This document shows positions 9,843 to 22,015 of a DNA stretch of 64,000 bases, one piece after another. Both the position numbers and the translations under genes were made by a program. A model generated the notes under the pieces. The model did not search any database, was not told where the DNA came from, and saw only the letters and a program-made list of their open reading frames with translations. The first letter of the stretch is position 1. Each line of letters begins with the position of its first letter. Source of the DNA: Xanthobacteraceae bacterium (lineage in GTDB: Bacteria; Pseudomonadota; Alphaproteobacteria; Rhizobiales; Xanthobacteraceae); the NCBI GenBank assembly GCA_035515455.1, contig DATJBH010000031.1, positions 10,172 through 74,171 of the forward strand. The letters are read 5' to 3'.

Positions 9843-11243
9843 ATGAGCAACAAGATGTGGGGCGGTCGGTTCGGCTCCGGACCCGATCCGATCATGGAAG
9901 ATATCAACGTCTCGATCGATGTCGACCGCCACCTGTACCGGCAGGACATCGCCGCCAGCAAGGCGCATGCGGCGATGCTCGCCAAAAAAGGCATCATCAC
10001 GGCGCAAGATGCGAAACAGATCGCTCACGGTCTAGACATGATCCTGTCAGAGATCGAGGCCGGCAAATTCGCCTTCAAGCGGGCGCTCGAAGACATCCAC
10101 ATGAATGTCGAGAGCCGGCTCGGCGAGTTGATCGGGCCGGCGGCCGGGCGGCTGCATACCGCGCGCTCGCGCAACGATCAGGTGGCGACCGATTTCCGGC
10201 TCTGGGTGCGCGACGCCATCGACCGCATCGACGCCGCGCTTGCCGGCTATCAGCGGGCGCTCGCTGCCAAGGCGCTTGCCCATGCCGATACCGTGATGCC
10301 GGGCTTCACTCACCTGCAGCCCGCGCAGCCGGTGACGTTCGGCCACCATCTGCTCGCTTATGTGGAAATGGCCGGGCGCGACCGCGGCCGCTTCGCCGAT
10401 GCGCGGGCGCGGCTCAATGAGAGCCCGCTCGGCGCCGGCGCGCTCGCCGGCACCTCGTTCCCGATCGACCGCGCCATGACCGCAAAGGCACTTGGCTTTG
10501 CTCGGCCGATGGCGAACTCGCTCGATGCGGTCGCCGACCGCGATTTTGTGCTGGAGACGCTCGCGGCCTGCGCGATTGCGGCGGTGCATCTGTCGCGCTT
10601 CGCCGAGGAGATCGTGATCTGGTCGTCGCCGCTTGCCGGCCTCGTGCAGCTTTCCGACAAGTTCACCTCCGGCTCCTCGATGATGCCGCAGAAACGCAAT
10701 CCCGACGCCGCCGAACTGGTGCGCGCCAAGACCGGGCGCATCGTCGGGGCGCTCACTTCGCTCCTGATCGTGATCAAGGGATTGCCGCTCGCCTATCAAA
10801 AGGATCTGCAGGAGGACAAGGAGGGCGCGATCGACGCGATCGGCGCGCTCGATCTGTCGATCAGGGCGATGACCGGCATGGTGGCCGATCTCAAGCCCGA
10901 CGTGGCGCGGATGCGCGGGCTCGCCGGTGGCGGCTATTCGACCGCCACCGATCTCGCCGACTGGCTGACCCGCACGCTCAAAATCCCATTCCGCGACGCC
11001 CATCACATTACCGGCAAGATCGTCGCCGCGGCCGCCGCGGCCGACATGCCGCTCGACAAGCTGCCGCTGGAAACCATGCAGGCGGTCGAACCCAAAATCA
11101 CCGCCAGGATCACCAAGGCGGTCTATGCCGTGCTGTCGCCCGACAAGTCGGTGAAAAGCCGCACGGCTTACGGGGGCACGGCGCCGAGCAACGTCCGCCG
11201 CGAGGCCAAGCGCTGGCTTAAGCGCCTGGACAAAAAGGCATAA
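9843..11243 (+). CDS. argH: argininosuccinate lyase
   Basis: [36 protein letters not shown]... plus the [12 protein letters not shown] signature. Confidence 0.97.
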   Translation: MSNKMWGGRFGSGPDPIMEDINVSIDVDRHLYRQDIAASKAHAAMLAKKGIITAQDAKQIAHGLDMILSEIEAGKFAFKRALEDIHMNVESRLGELIGPAAGRLHTARSRNDQVATDFRLWVRDAIDRIDAALAGYQRALAAKALAHADTVMPGFTHLQPAQPVTFGHHLLAYVEMAGRDRGRFADARARLNESPLGAGALAGTSFPIDRAMTAKALGFARPMANSLDAVADRDFVLETLAACAIAAVHLSRFAEEIVIWSSPLAGLVQLSDKFTSGSSMMPQKRNPDAAELVRAKTGRIVGALTSLLIVIKGLPLAYQKDLQEDKEGAIDAIGALDLSIRAMTGMVADLKPDVARMRGLAGGGYSTATDLADWLTRTLKIPFRDAHHITGKIVAAAAAADMPLDKLPLETMQAVEPKITARITKAVYAVLSPDKSVKSRTAYGGTAPSNVRREAKRWLKRLDKKA

Positions 11244-11360
11244 GCGTTTGGCAACGGCTTTCGCCGATGCTTTACGGACACAATGTCGCCGCCGCGGTGG
11301 GTTCTGTTGGACCGTTTTAGGGGCTTTGGGGGCATGGTTTTGACCCGACCGCACAATCCC

Positions 11361-11385
11361 GCTCATTCCCGCGCAAGCGGGAATC
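11361..11385. repeat. REP-like palindrome, family A
   Basis: Identical 25-mer to 1334..1358. Confidence 0.85.
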
Positions 11386-11387
11386 CG

Positions 11388-11648
11388 GTGCGAAGTGCTG
11401 CCTTGGCTGCGGCGCTGGCCGGCGTATTGGCGCTCGCCGGCTGCGGTCGCGAGGGGCCGCTCGAATTGCCGCCCGGGCCGGCGCCGGCAGCGCCAGTCAC
11501 GACGTCGCAATTGCGCTCGCCTGACGGCACGCCCGCTCCTGGCTCGCCGCAGGACACGGCCGTGAAAACCGGCTTCGATAGCCAGGGCAATCCGGTCGCG
11601 ACCCCGGGTCAGAAACGCTCCTTCATCCTCGACCCGCTGCTGCAGTAG
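11388..11648 (+). CDS. small lipoprotein preceding lysA (LppL/LptM-like position)
   Basis: GTG at 11388 gives VRSAALAAALAGVLALAGCGREGP, with a lipobox LAGC. The longer ORF from 11283 would translate the REP element. A small lipoprotein upstream of lysA is common in proteobacteria. Confidence 0.55.
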   Translation: MRSAALAAALAGVLALAGCGREGPLELPPGPAPAAPVTTSQLRSPDGTPAPGSPQDTAVKTGFDSQGNPVATPGQKRSFILDPLLQ

Positions 11649-11746
11649 ATTCCTCCGAATTGGTTGCGGAGCCTGTCATCGGACCGCGCGGCTTCGCGCG
11701 GGTCGGTCGGCTCGCAATGACTCAAAACATGCTCTAAACACCCGCC

Positions 11747-13012
11747 ATGCATCACTTCACCTATCGCGGCGGCCTGCTGCACGCCGAAGCGGTCGATCTC
11801 AGCACGCTGGCGGAGGCGGTCGGCACGCCGTTCTACTGCTATGCCAGCGCCACCATCGAGCGGCACTACAAGGTGTTCGCCGGCGCCTTCGCCGACGTCG
11901 ACGCGCTCATCTGCTACGCCATGAAGGCGAATTCCAATCAGGCGGTGATCGCGACATTGGCCAGGCTCGGCGCCGGCGCCGACGTCGTCTCGCAAGGCGA
12001 ACTGTTGCGCGCCCGCATGGCTGGCGTGCCGGCCGACAAGATCATGTTCTCCGGCGTCGGCAAGACCGCGGCCGAGCTGGCGCTGACGGTCGACGAGAAT
12101 ATCCTTTGCGTCAATGTCGAGTCCGAGCCGGAGCTTGAACTTCTGGCGTCGATCGCCGCCGCCAAGGGCCGGGTCGCCGCTATTTCGATCCGCGTCAATC
12201 CCGACATCGATCCCAAGACCCATGCCAAGATCGCGACCGGCAAGGCGGAGAACAAATTCGGCATCCCGATCAGCCGCGCGCGCGAGGTCTATGCGCGTGC
12301 CGCCAAGCTCAAGGGCGTGCGCGTCATCGGCGTCGACATGCATATCGGCAGCCAGATCATCGAGCTCGATCCGTTCGGCGATGCGTTTGCGCTGCTGGCC
12401 GAGTTCGTCGGCGTGCTGCGCGCCGACGGCCACACCGTCTCGCATGTCGATCTCGGCGGCGGCCTGGGCATTCCCTATCGCGAGGACAACGAGCCGCCGC
12501 CCGATCCCGATGCCTATGCGGCGGTCGTCAAGCGCGCGACCAGGGACCTCGGCTGCAAGCTCATCTTCGAGCCGGGCCGGCTGATCGTCGGCAATGCCGG
12601 CATCCTGGTGACGCGCGTCATTTACATCAAGCGCGGCGAGGCCAAGACCTTCGTCATTGTCGACGCCGGCATGAACGATCTGGTGCGGCCGACGCTGTAT
12701 GAGGCGCATCACGACATCAAGCCGGTGCGCCAGACCGCCGTGGGCGCGCCGCGAATCACCGCCGACGTGGTCGGGCCGGTCTGCGAATCCGGCGACTATC
12801 TGGCGCTCGATCGCGCGCTGGTCGAACCGAAGCCGGGCGACCTCCTCGCCGTGATGACCGCCGGCGCCTATGGCGCGGCCCAAGCCGGCACCTATAACAG
12901 CCGCCCGCTGATCCCCGAAGTGCTTGTTCGCAATGGCGAATGGGCGGTCATCCGGCCCCGCCAGGCGCTCGACGAACTGATCGGGCTCGACCGGCTGCCG
13001 GGCTGGCTGTGA
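11747..13012 (+). CDS. lysA: diaminopimelate decarboxylase
   Basis: TPFYCYASATIERHYKVFAGAF...YAMKANSNQAV...GPVCESGD are canonical LysA motifs. Confidence 0.95.
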   Translation: MHHFTYRGGLLHAEAVDLSTLAEAVGTPFYCYASATIERHYKVFAGAFADVDALICYAMKANSNQAVIATLARLGAGADVVSQGELLRARMAGVPADKIMFSGVGKTAAELALTVDENILCVNVESEPELELLASIAAAKGRVAAISIRVNPDIDPKTHAKIATGKAENKFGIPISRAREVYARAAKLKGVRVIGVDMHIGSQIIELDPFGDAFALLAEFVGVLRADGHTVSHVDLGGGLGIPYREDNEPPPDPDAYAAVVKRATRDLGCKLIFEPGRLIVGNAGILVTRVIYIKRGEAKTFVIVDAGMNDLVRPTLYEAHHDIKPVRQTAVGAPRITADVVGPVCESGDYLALDRALVEPKPGDLLAVMTAGAYGAAQAGTYNSRPLIPEVLVRNGEWAVIRPRQALDELIGLDRLPGWL

Positions 13013-13096
13013 CCTTGGCTTTGATCTTGCTTCACTAAATTTTGCTGGGCTTTAAGTGCCTTGAACCGGCCCTGATGTTAACGTGTTGTCTGCCAG

Positions 13097-15754
13097 TTGC
13101 AGGCGCGTCTTTGCCGAGCCGCCGCCCCGATAAACGGAAGCACTGTGACCGACCAGATTTTGCCGAATAGCGCTCCCGACAGGGCCGCGGCCGGGCCGTC
13201 GGCGAGTTCGTTTCTTGATTTGGCGCTGCGGCGCGCGCGCTGGACGATCCTGTGGGAGCGGCTGTGGCCGGCATTGGCGACGCTGGCGACCGCGCTTGGT
13301 CTGTTTCTGGCGCTGTCCTGGCTCGGGCTGTGGCTGTGGCTGCCGCCGCTCGGCCGCACCATCGGCGTGATCGGCTTTGTCGTCGTCCTTGTCGCCGCGC
13401 TGGTGCCGTTGGGACGCTTGCGCATGCCGGCGACGCGGGAAGGCTTGAGCCGGCTCGATCGCGGCAGCGGCCTGCGTCATCGCCCGGCCACCGCGATCGC
13501 CGACGAACTCGCGGTCACCTCGAAGGATCCCTATTCGCTGGCGCTGTGGAACGCTCATGTCGAGCGCGCCCGCCAAGCCGCGCATGCGCTCAAAGCCGGC
13601 GCGCCGGCGCCGCGCGTCGCCTGGCGCGATCCCTATGCGCTCCGCGCTCTGGTGCTGCTCGCCTGCATCGCCACGTTCTTTGCTGCCGGCGGGGAGCGAT
13701 GGAAAAGGATCGCCGCGGCGTTCGACTGGCAGGGCGCGGTGCTGCCGGCGAATTTCCGCGTCGACGCCTGGGTGGTGCCGCCGGCCTATACCGGCAAGCC
13801 GCCGCTGGTGCTGCCCGGCATTCATCCGGGCGAGACGGCGGCGGCGCAGGCGCCGGGCGAAGGGCCCTTCGCGGTTCCGGTCAACTCGACGCTGATCGTG
13901 CGCTCGACCGGCAACGTCAATCTCGATGTCTCCGGCAAAGGCGGCGTCGCGGCCTCCAAGGACGCGGTGCAGGCGCCGGCCGGCACCGAGGAGCATCGCT
14001 TCACGATCACCGCGACCGGCACCGCGACCTTGCGCGGCGCCGGCGAAGATCTGACCTGGCCGTTCAACGCCATTGCCGACAATCCGCCGACCATCGAATT
14101 GACCAAGGATCCGCAGGCGCAGAACCGCGGCTCGCTGTTGTTGTCCTACCGGCTCCAGGACGATTACGGCGTCACCAAAGCCGAAGCGATTTTCGCGCGA
14201 AAGGACGATCCGGCCGTGAGCGCCGCGCCCGGCGGCAAGGCGCAGCCGCCGCGCCCGCTCTACGGCCCGCCGGAATTCCCGCTGGTGCTGCCGCAGGCGC
14301 GCACCAAGGACGGCGTCGGCCAGACCATCAAGGATCTCACCGATCACCCCTGGGCGGGCGCCGAGGTGACGATGACGCTCGTCGCGCACGACGACGGCGG
14401 CAATGTCGGCAAGAGCGATCCGGTGACGTTCCGCCTGCCGCAGCGCGTCTTCATCAAGCCCTTGGCGCGGACGCTGGTCGAGCAGCGGCGCGATCTGGCG
14501 ATGGACGCCAATGCGCGGCCGCAGGTCATCACCGCGCTCGATGCGCTGGCTTTGGCGCCGGAGAAATTCACCCCCGATGCCGGCGTCTATCTCGGCCTGC
14601 GCTCGATCTTCTGGGAACTCGTTCGCGCCAAGAGCGACGACGATCTGCGCGACGTGGTATCGCGGCTGTGGCAGATGGCGGTCGACATCGAGGACGGCAA
14701 CGTCTCCGACGCGCAGGACGCGCTGCGCAACGCGGAAGCCGCGCTGCAGCAGGCGCTCGAGCGCGGCGCCAGCGACGACGAGATCAAGCAGCTGATGGAC
14801 AAGCTGCGCGAGGCCATGCAGCGTTATTTGCAGGCGCTGGCGCGGCAGCTGAAGAACAATCAGCAGCTGGCGCGGCCGCTCAATCCCAATGCGCAGGTGA
14901 TGACGCAGCGCGATCTGCAGAACATGCTCAACAAGCTCGAGAACCTGGCGCGCAGCGGCGCCAAGGATGCGGCGCAGGCGCTGCTGCAGCAGCTCGCGCA
15001 GATGATGGAAAACATGCAGATGGCGTCGCCGGGCATGAACGGCGAGGAGAGCGACGAGATGTCGGAGCTCGACGAGCTCGGCGACATGATCCGCCAGCAG
15101 CAGGATTTGCGCGATCGCACCTTCAAGCAGGGCCAGAACCAGGAGGACGCGCAACGCGGGCAGCAGGGCAAGCCCGGCCGCTCGGAACATCAAGGCGACT
15201 CGCTCGGGCAATTGCAGCAGAACCAGCAGGCGCTGCGCGACCGGCTCAATCAGTTGCTGCAAGATCTGAAGAACCGCGGCCTCGGCAAGAGCCAGCAAGG
15301 CCAGCAGGGCAAAGAAGGCCCGGGGCAGGGCCAGCAAGGCCAGGGCGGCGATCAGCTCGATCAGCTCGGCCGCGCCGGTCAGGCCATGGGCCAAGCCGAA
15401 GGCGAGCTCGGGGAGGGCGATGCCGACAGCGCGGTGGATTCCCAAGGCCGCGCGCTCGATGCCTTGCGCAAAGGCGCGCAATCGCTGGCGCAGGCGATGC
15501 AGCAGCAGACGGGGCAGGGCCAAGGCCAGGGCCGCGGCCGCTTCGGCGAGGCGCGCGGCGACAGCGATACCGATCCGCTCGGCCGGCCGCTGCGCGGCCA
15601 CGACTACAGCGACGATTCCTCGGTCAAGGTGCCCGGCGAGATCGACGTGCAGCGCGCGCGGCGCATCCTCGAGGAACTGCGCAAGCGCTTCGGCGAATTT
15701 GCCCGCCCGCAGGAAGAGCTCGATTACCTGCAGCGGCTGCTGAAGAATTATTGA
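13097..15754 (+). CDS. TIGR02302/DUF4175 family membrane protein
   Basis: About 885 aa. N-terminal TM helices (WPALATLATALGLFLALSWLGLWLWL), a long conserved body and a Q/G-rich C-terminal third. It sits downstream of lysA, as in many alphaproteobacteria. The start is uncertain (13097 or GTG 13145). Confidence 0.8.
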   Translation: MQARLCRAAAPINGSTVTDQILPNSAPDRAAAGPSASSFLDLALRRARWTILWERLWPALATLATALGLFLALSWLGLWLWLPPLGRTIGVIGFVVVLVAALVPLGRLRMPATREGLSRLDRGSGLRHRPATAIADELAVTSKDPYSLALWNAHVERARQAAHALKAGAPAPRVAWRDPYALRALVLLACIATFFAAGGERWKRIAAAFDWQGAVLPANFRVDAWVVPPAYTGKPPLVLPGIHPGETAAAQAPGEGPFAVPVNSTLIVRSTGNVNLDVSGKGGVAASKDAVQAPAGTEEHRFTITATGTATLRGAGEDLTWPFNAIADNPPTIELTKDPQAQNRGSLLLSYRLQDDYGVTKAEAIFARKDDPAVSAAPGGKAQPPRPLYGPPEFPLVLPQARTKDGVGQTIKDLTDHPWAGAEVTMTLVAHDDGGNVGKSDPVTFRLPQRVFIKPLARTLVEQRRDLAMDANARPQVITALDALALAPEKFTPDAGVYLGLRSIFWELVRAKSDDDLRDVVSRLWQMAVDIEDGNVSDAQDALRNAEAALQQALERGASDDEIKQLMDKLREAMQRYLQALARQLKNNQQLARPLNPNAQVMTQRDLQNMLNKLENLARSGAKDAAQALLQQLAQMMENMQMASPGMNGEESDEMSELDELGDMIRQQQDLRDRTFKQGQNQEDAQRGQQGKPGRSEHQGDSLGQLQQNQQALRDRLNQLLQDLKNRGLGKSQQGQQGKEGPGQGQQGQGGDQLDQLGRAGQAMGQAEGELGEGDADSAVDSQGRALDALRKGAQSLAQAMQQQTGQGQGQGRGRFGEARGDSDTDPLGRPLRGHDYSDDSSVKVPGEIDVQRARRILEELRKRFGEFARPQEELDYLQRLLKNY

Positions 15755-15763
15755 TCTGCCTTC

Positions 15764-15868
15764 GTCATCCTGAGGTGCCCGCGCGCAGCGCGGCCCTCGA
15801 AGGATGCTAGCCGAGGCGCCCGGGCCGTCGCCCTTCGAGGCTCGCTGCGCTCTCACCTCAGGGTGACG
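15764..15868. repeat. REP-like composite palindrome, family B (gtcatcctgagg...cctcgaaggat / inverted partner)
   Basis: Unit tcatcctgaggtgcccgcgcgcagcgcggccctcgaaggatg plus the inverted arm cccttcgagg...cacctcagggtgacg. Related copies are at 18007, 18818 and 47966. Confidence 0.85.
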
Positions 15869-15939
15869 GTACGTGAGGCCGTGCTGCGCGCTCGCCACAG
15901 CCATCGTGACACCGCGTTGACACTTCCCCTTAACGGCCT

Positions 15940-18004
<2,065 letters not shown>

Positions 18005-18006
18005 TT

Positions 18007-18054
18007 GTCGTCATCCTGAGGCGCTCGCCGCGTGGCGGCGAGCCTCGAAGGATC
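18007..18054. repeat. REP-like unit, family B
   Basis: gtcgtcatcctgaggcgctcgccgcgtggcggcgagcctcgaaggatcg, immediately after the thiC stop. A second palindrome (ctctccccggtggggagagg) follows at 18056-18075. Confidence 0.8.
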
Positions 18055-18116
18055 GCCTCTCCCCGGTGGGGAGAGGCCGCGAGCGCTTTAGCGCGAGCGG
18101 GTGAGGGGGGCAAGAG

Positions 18117-18337
18117 GTGATCCGTTATGGCGAGCATGCGGAATTCCAGATAGCCCGTCGCCGCATTACCAAGGAGTGGGTTGAACAAGCCCTCCGCCAC
18201 CCCGACGAAACAGAAACATGGGCGGGACGGCAGTCTTTCCTGAAGCGTCTGCCAGGGCGGCATGTTATGTTGCGTGTGGTGACCGCGCGAGACGACCCGG
18301 AATACGTCATTACCGCCTATTTCGACAGGACCAAACC

Positions 18338-18347
<10 letters not shown>
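18117..18347 (+). CDS. DUF4258 domain protein (putative toxin)
   Basis: 76 aa, MIRYGEHAEFQIARRRITKEWVEQALRHPD...VVTARDDPEYVITAYF. The pattern h-t-HA..r...R.I....v fits DUF4258. It overlaps the downstream gene by 10 nt. Confidence 0.65.
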
Positions 18348-18815
<468 letters not shown>

Positions 18816-18817
18816 GC

Positions 18818-18862
18818 CTCATCCTGAGGTGGCCGCGCGTTAGCGCGGCCCTCGAAGGATCG
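18818..18862. repeat. REP-like unit, family B
   Basis: ctcatcctgaggtggccgcgcgttagcgcggccctcgaaggatcg, directly after the thiC-fragment stop. This is the same placement as the copy after intact thiC. Confidence 0.8.
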
Positions 18863-18881
18863 CGGCCGCGCCGCTCTCTTA

Positions 18882-18977
18882 GCCGTCATGCCCGGCCTTG
18901 TGCCGGGCATCCACGCCTTGTTTGCTCGCGTCTGAAAAGTAAGTCGTGGATGGCCGGGACAAGCCCGGCCATGACGG
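18882..18977. repeat. REP-like composite palindrome, family C (gtcatgcccggccttgtgccgggcatccacg / inverted arm)
   Basis: Two inverted arms: 18882-18915, and 18945-18977 (cgtggatggccgggacaagcccggccatgacgg). A single related arm is at 21244..21279. Confidence 0.8.
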
Positions 18978-19158
18978 ATCAGCACGCATGGGCGACATGA
19001 GATGAGGACTTGATTTCGAAAAGGCCCAAGCCGCCTTTAAGCGGGCCGCCGAGAAAGCGATGCACGGAACGCGTGAGGAGAGATCGGGTCGCTTCCTTTT
19101 GGTAGAAGGGCGGGATATTTCGCGGTATAACCTGAGCAGAGAATCGCGGAGTGATTCC

Positions 19159-19371
19159 ATGACAGGTAAGAAACACGAGCTTTACGTCGAGCGCCGCCCG
19201 GAAGGCGATTACGCGGTCAGAAGGGGAGGCTCGCAACGGGCCTCCGTTACCGCGCCAACGCAAGAACAGGCGATTGAGAAAACTGAAAAGCTCGATCCCA
19301 AGGCGGCTGTCCTCGTCGAACGTGTCCGCGATACGAGTGTCGGCGGCAGAGATAAGTGGCGAAAGCCGTAG
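19159..19371 (+). CDS. DUF2188 domain protein
   Basis: ATG at 19159 gives MTGKKHELYVERRPEGDYAVRRGGSQRASVTAPTQEQAIEKTEKLDPKAAVLVERV, which fits the DUF2188 pattern (W.V...G..ra...f.Tq.eAi..A). Confidence 0.55.
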   Translation: MTGKKHELYVERRPEGDYAVRRGGSQRASVTAPTQEQAIEKTEKLDPKAAVLVERVRDTSVGGRDKWRKP

Positions 19372-19374
19372 CAA

Positions 19375-19459
19375 TCGTAGTCCGGATTGAGTGAAACGAA
19401 ATCCGGGGCAAGCCTCGCTGCACGATCCCGGATTTCGCTGGCGCTCAATCCGAGCTACT
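19375..19459. repeat. REP-like palindrome, family E (cgtagtccggattgag...gaaatccgggg / inverted arm)
   Basis: The inverted arms are separated by about 25 nt. A related single arm is at 38334..38364. Confidence 0.7.
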
Positions 19460-19783
19460 TGCTGCAGCCAACTCCCATCAAGCAATGACCGAAAGACGGC
19501 AACCAACGCGATCTATGGAAAGGGACGTGTTGGTCGCGGCACGTACAAAGCATCCAATAGAATTGATGGGGTTTGCCTCATAGAGAGAATAGACCTTCCC
19601 GATGGCCGGATCGCTGTAGTGTGCATACCGTTCAAAGGAGCCTGCGTGGCTGAACTTCGCCTTGGTTTGCGGATTGACGACGGTCAAAAGCAGGAACTGC
19701 TTTCGAAGTTCGCTAATTCAAAGGTTCGCATTTACCAAATGACAGTGAACGAGTGCGAACATGAGTGGGAACAGATCAGTTGA
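19391..19783 (+). CDS. hypothetical protein (doubtful; 5' third is repeat-derived)
   Basis: Open frame in an AT-richer segment, convergent on the SIR2-like remnant. The first ~35 codons translate the family E repeat, there is no convincing internal start, and I recognise no family. Confidence 0.2.
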   Translation: MKRNPGQASLHDPGFRWRSIRATCCSQLPSSNDRKTATNAIYGKGRVGRGTYKASNRIDGVCLIERIDLPDGRIAVVCIPFKGACVAELRLGLRIDDGQKQELLSKFANSKVRIYQMTVNECEHEWEQIS

Positions 19784-19797
19784 TTGTATGCAATCCC

Positions 19798-20442
19798 TCA
19801 AGCTTTGAGTCGGCTATGTAAAAATTTGTCAAATGTCTTGTCGGTCACCAGTCTGGAGTGGCTGCCTCGCAGTATCCGTTGCCAGTTGTTTCTCACCCCG
19901 GTTCTATCAACGAGGCACAGGTAGCTAAATTTATTTGATTGCTCCTTTCGAGTGCGCGCCACCTGGCTCATAAGGGCACGAAGGTGGAAATCCGTGTCAA
20001 TTAGCGAAGAGCCGATAACTACAAGGACTTCCGCGTCACAGAGCGCCTGAAATGATTTAGTCCAAAGCTGCCGCCAGTGATCGTGTTCGAACACTTTGCC
20101 GTACATCGGGGGTACAATCTGTCGTATAAAACCCGAAATATTGTTTGATCTGGGCGCGGTAATCTTGACCGGTTTGCTTTCGAATACTTTCTGCAACTTC
20201 GAATCGGTCCCTCGGACGAACCAATTCATCGAGCCATGTAATTTGAGCAATTGCACGTCCAACGGGGCGTCGGTCTCCTGAGGATCCCATTTAACTTTTT
20301 TTTGCGTATTGCCCTCGATTCCATAGCCTGTTTTTGGGTTCCAGCCTCGTCGATGCAGTGCCGAGTCAAGCAGTGTATCATAGTTGAGCGTAATTAGGAC
20401 GTCGCCGTCCGTGAGCTTGCTCGCAAGCCGATCGTAATCCGC
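19798..20442 (-). pseudogene. SIR2-like (SIR2_2 family) protein, N-terminally truncated
   Basis: DGDVLITLNYDTLLDSAL, LLKLHGSMNWF and AEVLVVIGSSLIDTDFHLRALM match the NYD..LE, hlHGS and GyS..D blocks of SIR2_2 proteins. The N-terminal GAG.S block is missing. The reading frame continues only into a family D repeat at 20441+. Sampled lines are about 47-50% G+C. Confidence 0.65.
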
Positions 20443-20660
20443 CCCCACGACAGTGGGGGAAGGGGACCACGCGAAGCATGGTGGAGGGGGCGACTGACTC
20501 AACGCTTCATTGTCGTCGCAAGAGGATCGTCGCGGCCCGCGCCCCGCCCACCGCACTTCGTGCGGTCCCCCCTCCCCGCTGTCGCGGGGCGGGAAAGCGT
20601 GTCGCTGTTTGATATTGTGGATCGGCAACATCGTCCGCCCCCGCTTCGCGGGGCAGGGCA
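20441..20660. repeat. cluster of REP-like units, family D (ggggaccacgcgaagcatggtggaggggg; cccctccccgc...gcggggcggga)
   Basis: Several G/C-tract palindromes. Related composites are at 21878..22001 and 53751..53883. Confidence 0.75.
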
Positions 20661-20736
20661 CGGACCTAGAAATCGGGTGTCGCGGCGCGTGGTGTCGCGC
20701 CATTTGTCCTTCACGAGCCAAGAGGAGGACGCATCC

Positions 20737-21198
20737 ATGCAGCACTTCCGCATCAAGGGCCTGCCGGCCGAGCGGTTCGCCCATCTGTTCGCGCTGTCGG
20801 ACAAGGCGCTCAAGGGACACCGCGCGGTGCGGCGCATCGCCGACGGGCCGCGGCCTTGCCGCATCAGCCTCACCGACGCCAAGCCCGGCGACGAGCTGAT
20901 CCTGGTCAATTACGAGCATCACGCCGTCGCCTCGCCGTACCGCATGCGCTTTGCCGTCTATGTCCGGGAAGGCGAAAAGACGTTCGACGCCGTCGATCAG
21001 GTGCCGGACCAGTTGCGGAGCCGCACGCTGGCGGTGCGCGGCTTCGACGACGGCGGCATGATGACCGGCTGGGAATTGGCCGAGGGCGTCACGCTCGAAG
21101 CGGCGATCGAACGGCAATTCGCGGATCCGCGCGCGGCCTATCTGCACGTCCACTTCGCCGCGCCCGGCTGCTACGCCGCGCGCATCGAGCGGGCGTGA
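20737..21198 (+). CDS. DUF1203 domain protein
   Basis: ATG at 20737 is preceded by AGGAGGA. MQHFRIKGLPAERFAHLFALSD...PCRISLTDAKPGDELILVNYEH...SPYRMRFAVYVRE is typical of DUF1203. Confidence 0.75.
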   Translation: MQHFRIKGLPAERFAHLFALSDKALKGHRAVRRIADGPRPCRISLTDAKPGDELILVNYEHHAVASPYRMRFAVYVREGEKTFDAVDQVPDQLRSRTLAVRGFDDGGMMTGWELAEGVTLEAAIERQFADPRAAYLHVHFAAPGCYAARIERA

Positions 21199-21243
21199 GG
21201 GAGTGAATTCACCGCTCCCCGGCGGGAGAGGCAAATCCCTTCG

Positions 21244-21279
21244 GACGTCATGGCCGGGCTTGTCCCGGCCATCCACGTC
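21244..21279. repeat. REP-like arm, family C
   Basis: gacgtcatggccgggcttgtcccggccatccacgtc. It truncates the DUF1488-like remnant. Confidence 0.75.
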
Positions 21280-21299
21280 TTTGACCCGAGGAAGACGCG

Positions 21300-21391
21300 T
21301 TCGATAACGGTTTGTCCGCGTCGCGCATCGTGAAATCGACGACCATCCGGTCGAAGTCGTAGCCTCGCACTTCGCCACGCTGCAGCGGCAT
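21300..21391 (-). pseudogene. DUF1488-like gene, 5' fragment only
   Basis: ATG at 21391 with GGAGGAA upstream. MPLQRGEVRGYDFDRMVVDFTMRDADKPL resembles DUF1488 N-termini. After about 30 codons the frame runs into the family C repeat. Confidence 0.4.
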
Positions 21392-21468
21392 TGCGGTTCC
21401 TCCGGCCGGGCAAGAGCTTTTCGCCGCCAGCCCGGCGGCGCCGGGCCGTCGCAAAAGGACACTTCCGC

Positions 21469-21738
21469 TCAGCCGTTGCGGCCCTCTTTGGCCTGGCCGT
21501 CGAGCCAATCCGACAAGCTGCCGGATTTGCCCCTGGCCTTGCTTCTGCGCTTTTTTACGGTCGGCTGCGGCTGCGGCGCGGCGGCGTCGCGCGCCAGACG
21601 CAGCGCCCGCAGCCGTTCGGTCTTGGCGCGCACGGCTTCGGCCGCGGCGTCATGGTCGGATACCGCCTGCTTGGCGTCGTTGGCGCGCTGCAGCTTGGCA
21701 AATTGCGCGCCCGCCTCGTACTTACTGGATTTCTCCAT
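21469..21738 (-). CDS. conserved small hypothetical protein
   Basis: MEKSSKYEAGAQFAKLQRANDAKQAVSDHDAAAEAVRAKTERLRALRLARDAA...LSDWLDGQ. A coiled-coil-like small protein that I recall as conserved in Bradyrhizobiaceae. Function unknown. Confidence 0.55.
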   Translation of the reverse strand: MEKSSKYEAGAQFAKLQRANDAKQAVSDHDAAAEAVRAKTERLRALRLARDAAAPQPQPTVKKRRSKARGKSGSLSDWLDGQAKEGRNG

Positions 21739-21877
21739 CGCGGCAGCGTCCTTTTCCGGGGTGTTCGCGGGCTCATCGCCACGCTCGATGGCCTAACAGC
21801 TACAGGGCGGGCATGCGAGGACTATTTCGATAACCGTAGCGTGGATGGAAACCGACATCGCGCCGGCGCGTTTTTCA

Positions 21878-22001
21878 TCCGTCCCCATGCAAACGGAGGA
21901 GGAGGACCACGCGAACCATAGCCGACGCTTCGCGTCGGCATGTCTGAATGAACGGCGGCCGAAGGCCGCCTATGCTCCTCCCCGCGATCGCGGGGCGGGA
22001 A
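21878..22001. repeat. REP-like composite, family D
   Basis: ggaggaggaggaccacgcgaaccat...ctcctccccgcgatcgcggggcgggaag. Confidence 0.7.
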
Positions 22002-22015
22002 GCGGTCCTTGCTTC

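Noticed and set aside
13052-15904. 950-aa ORF antisense to the TIGR02302 gene
   Set aside because: This is a typical high-GC antisense open frame. The translation is Arg/Ala/Leu-rich low-complexity sequence with no recognisable motifs, whereas the sense strand encodes a well-conserved family.
19798-21462. 554-aa single CDS as listed in the ORF track
   Set aside because: Only the C-terminal 214 aa are SIR2-like. The rest reads through REP clusters and antisense to the DUF1203 gene. I treat it as a truncated remnant plus artefact.
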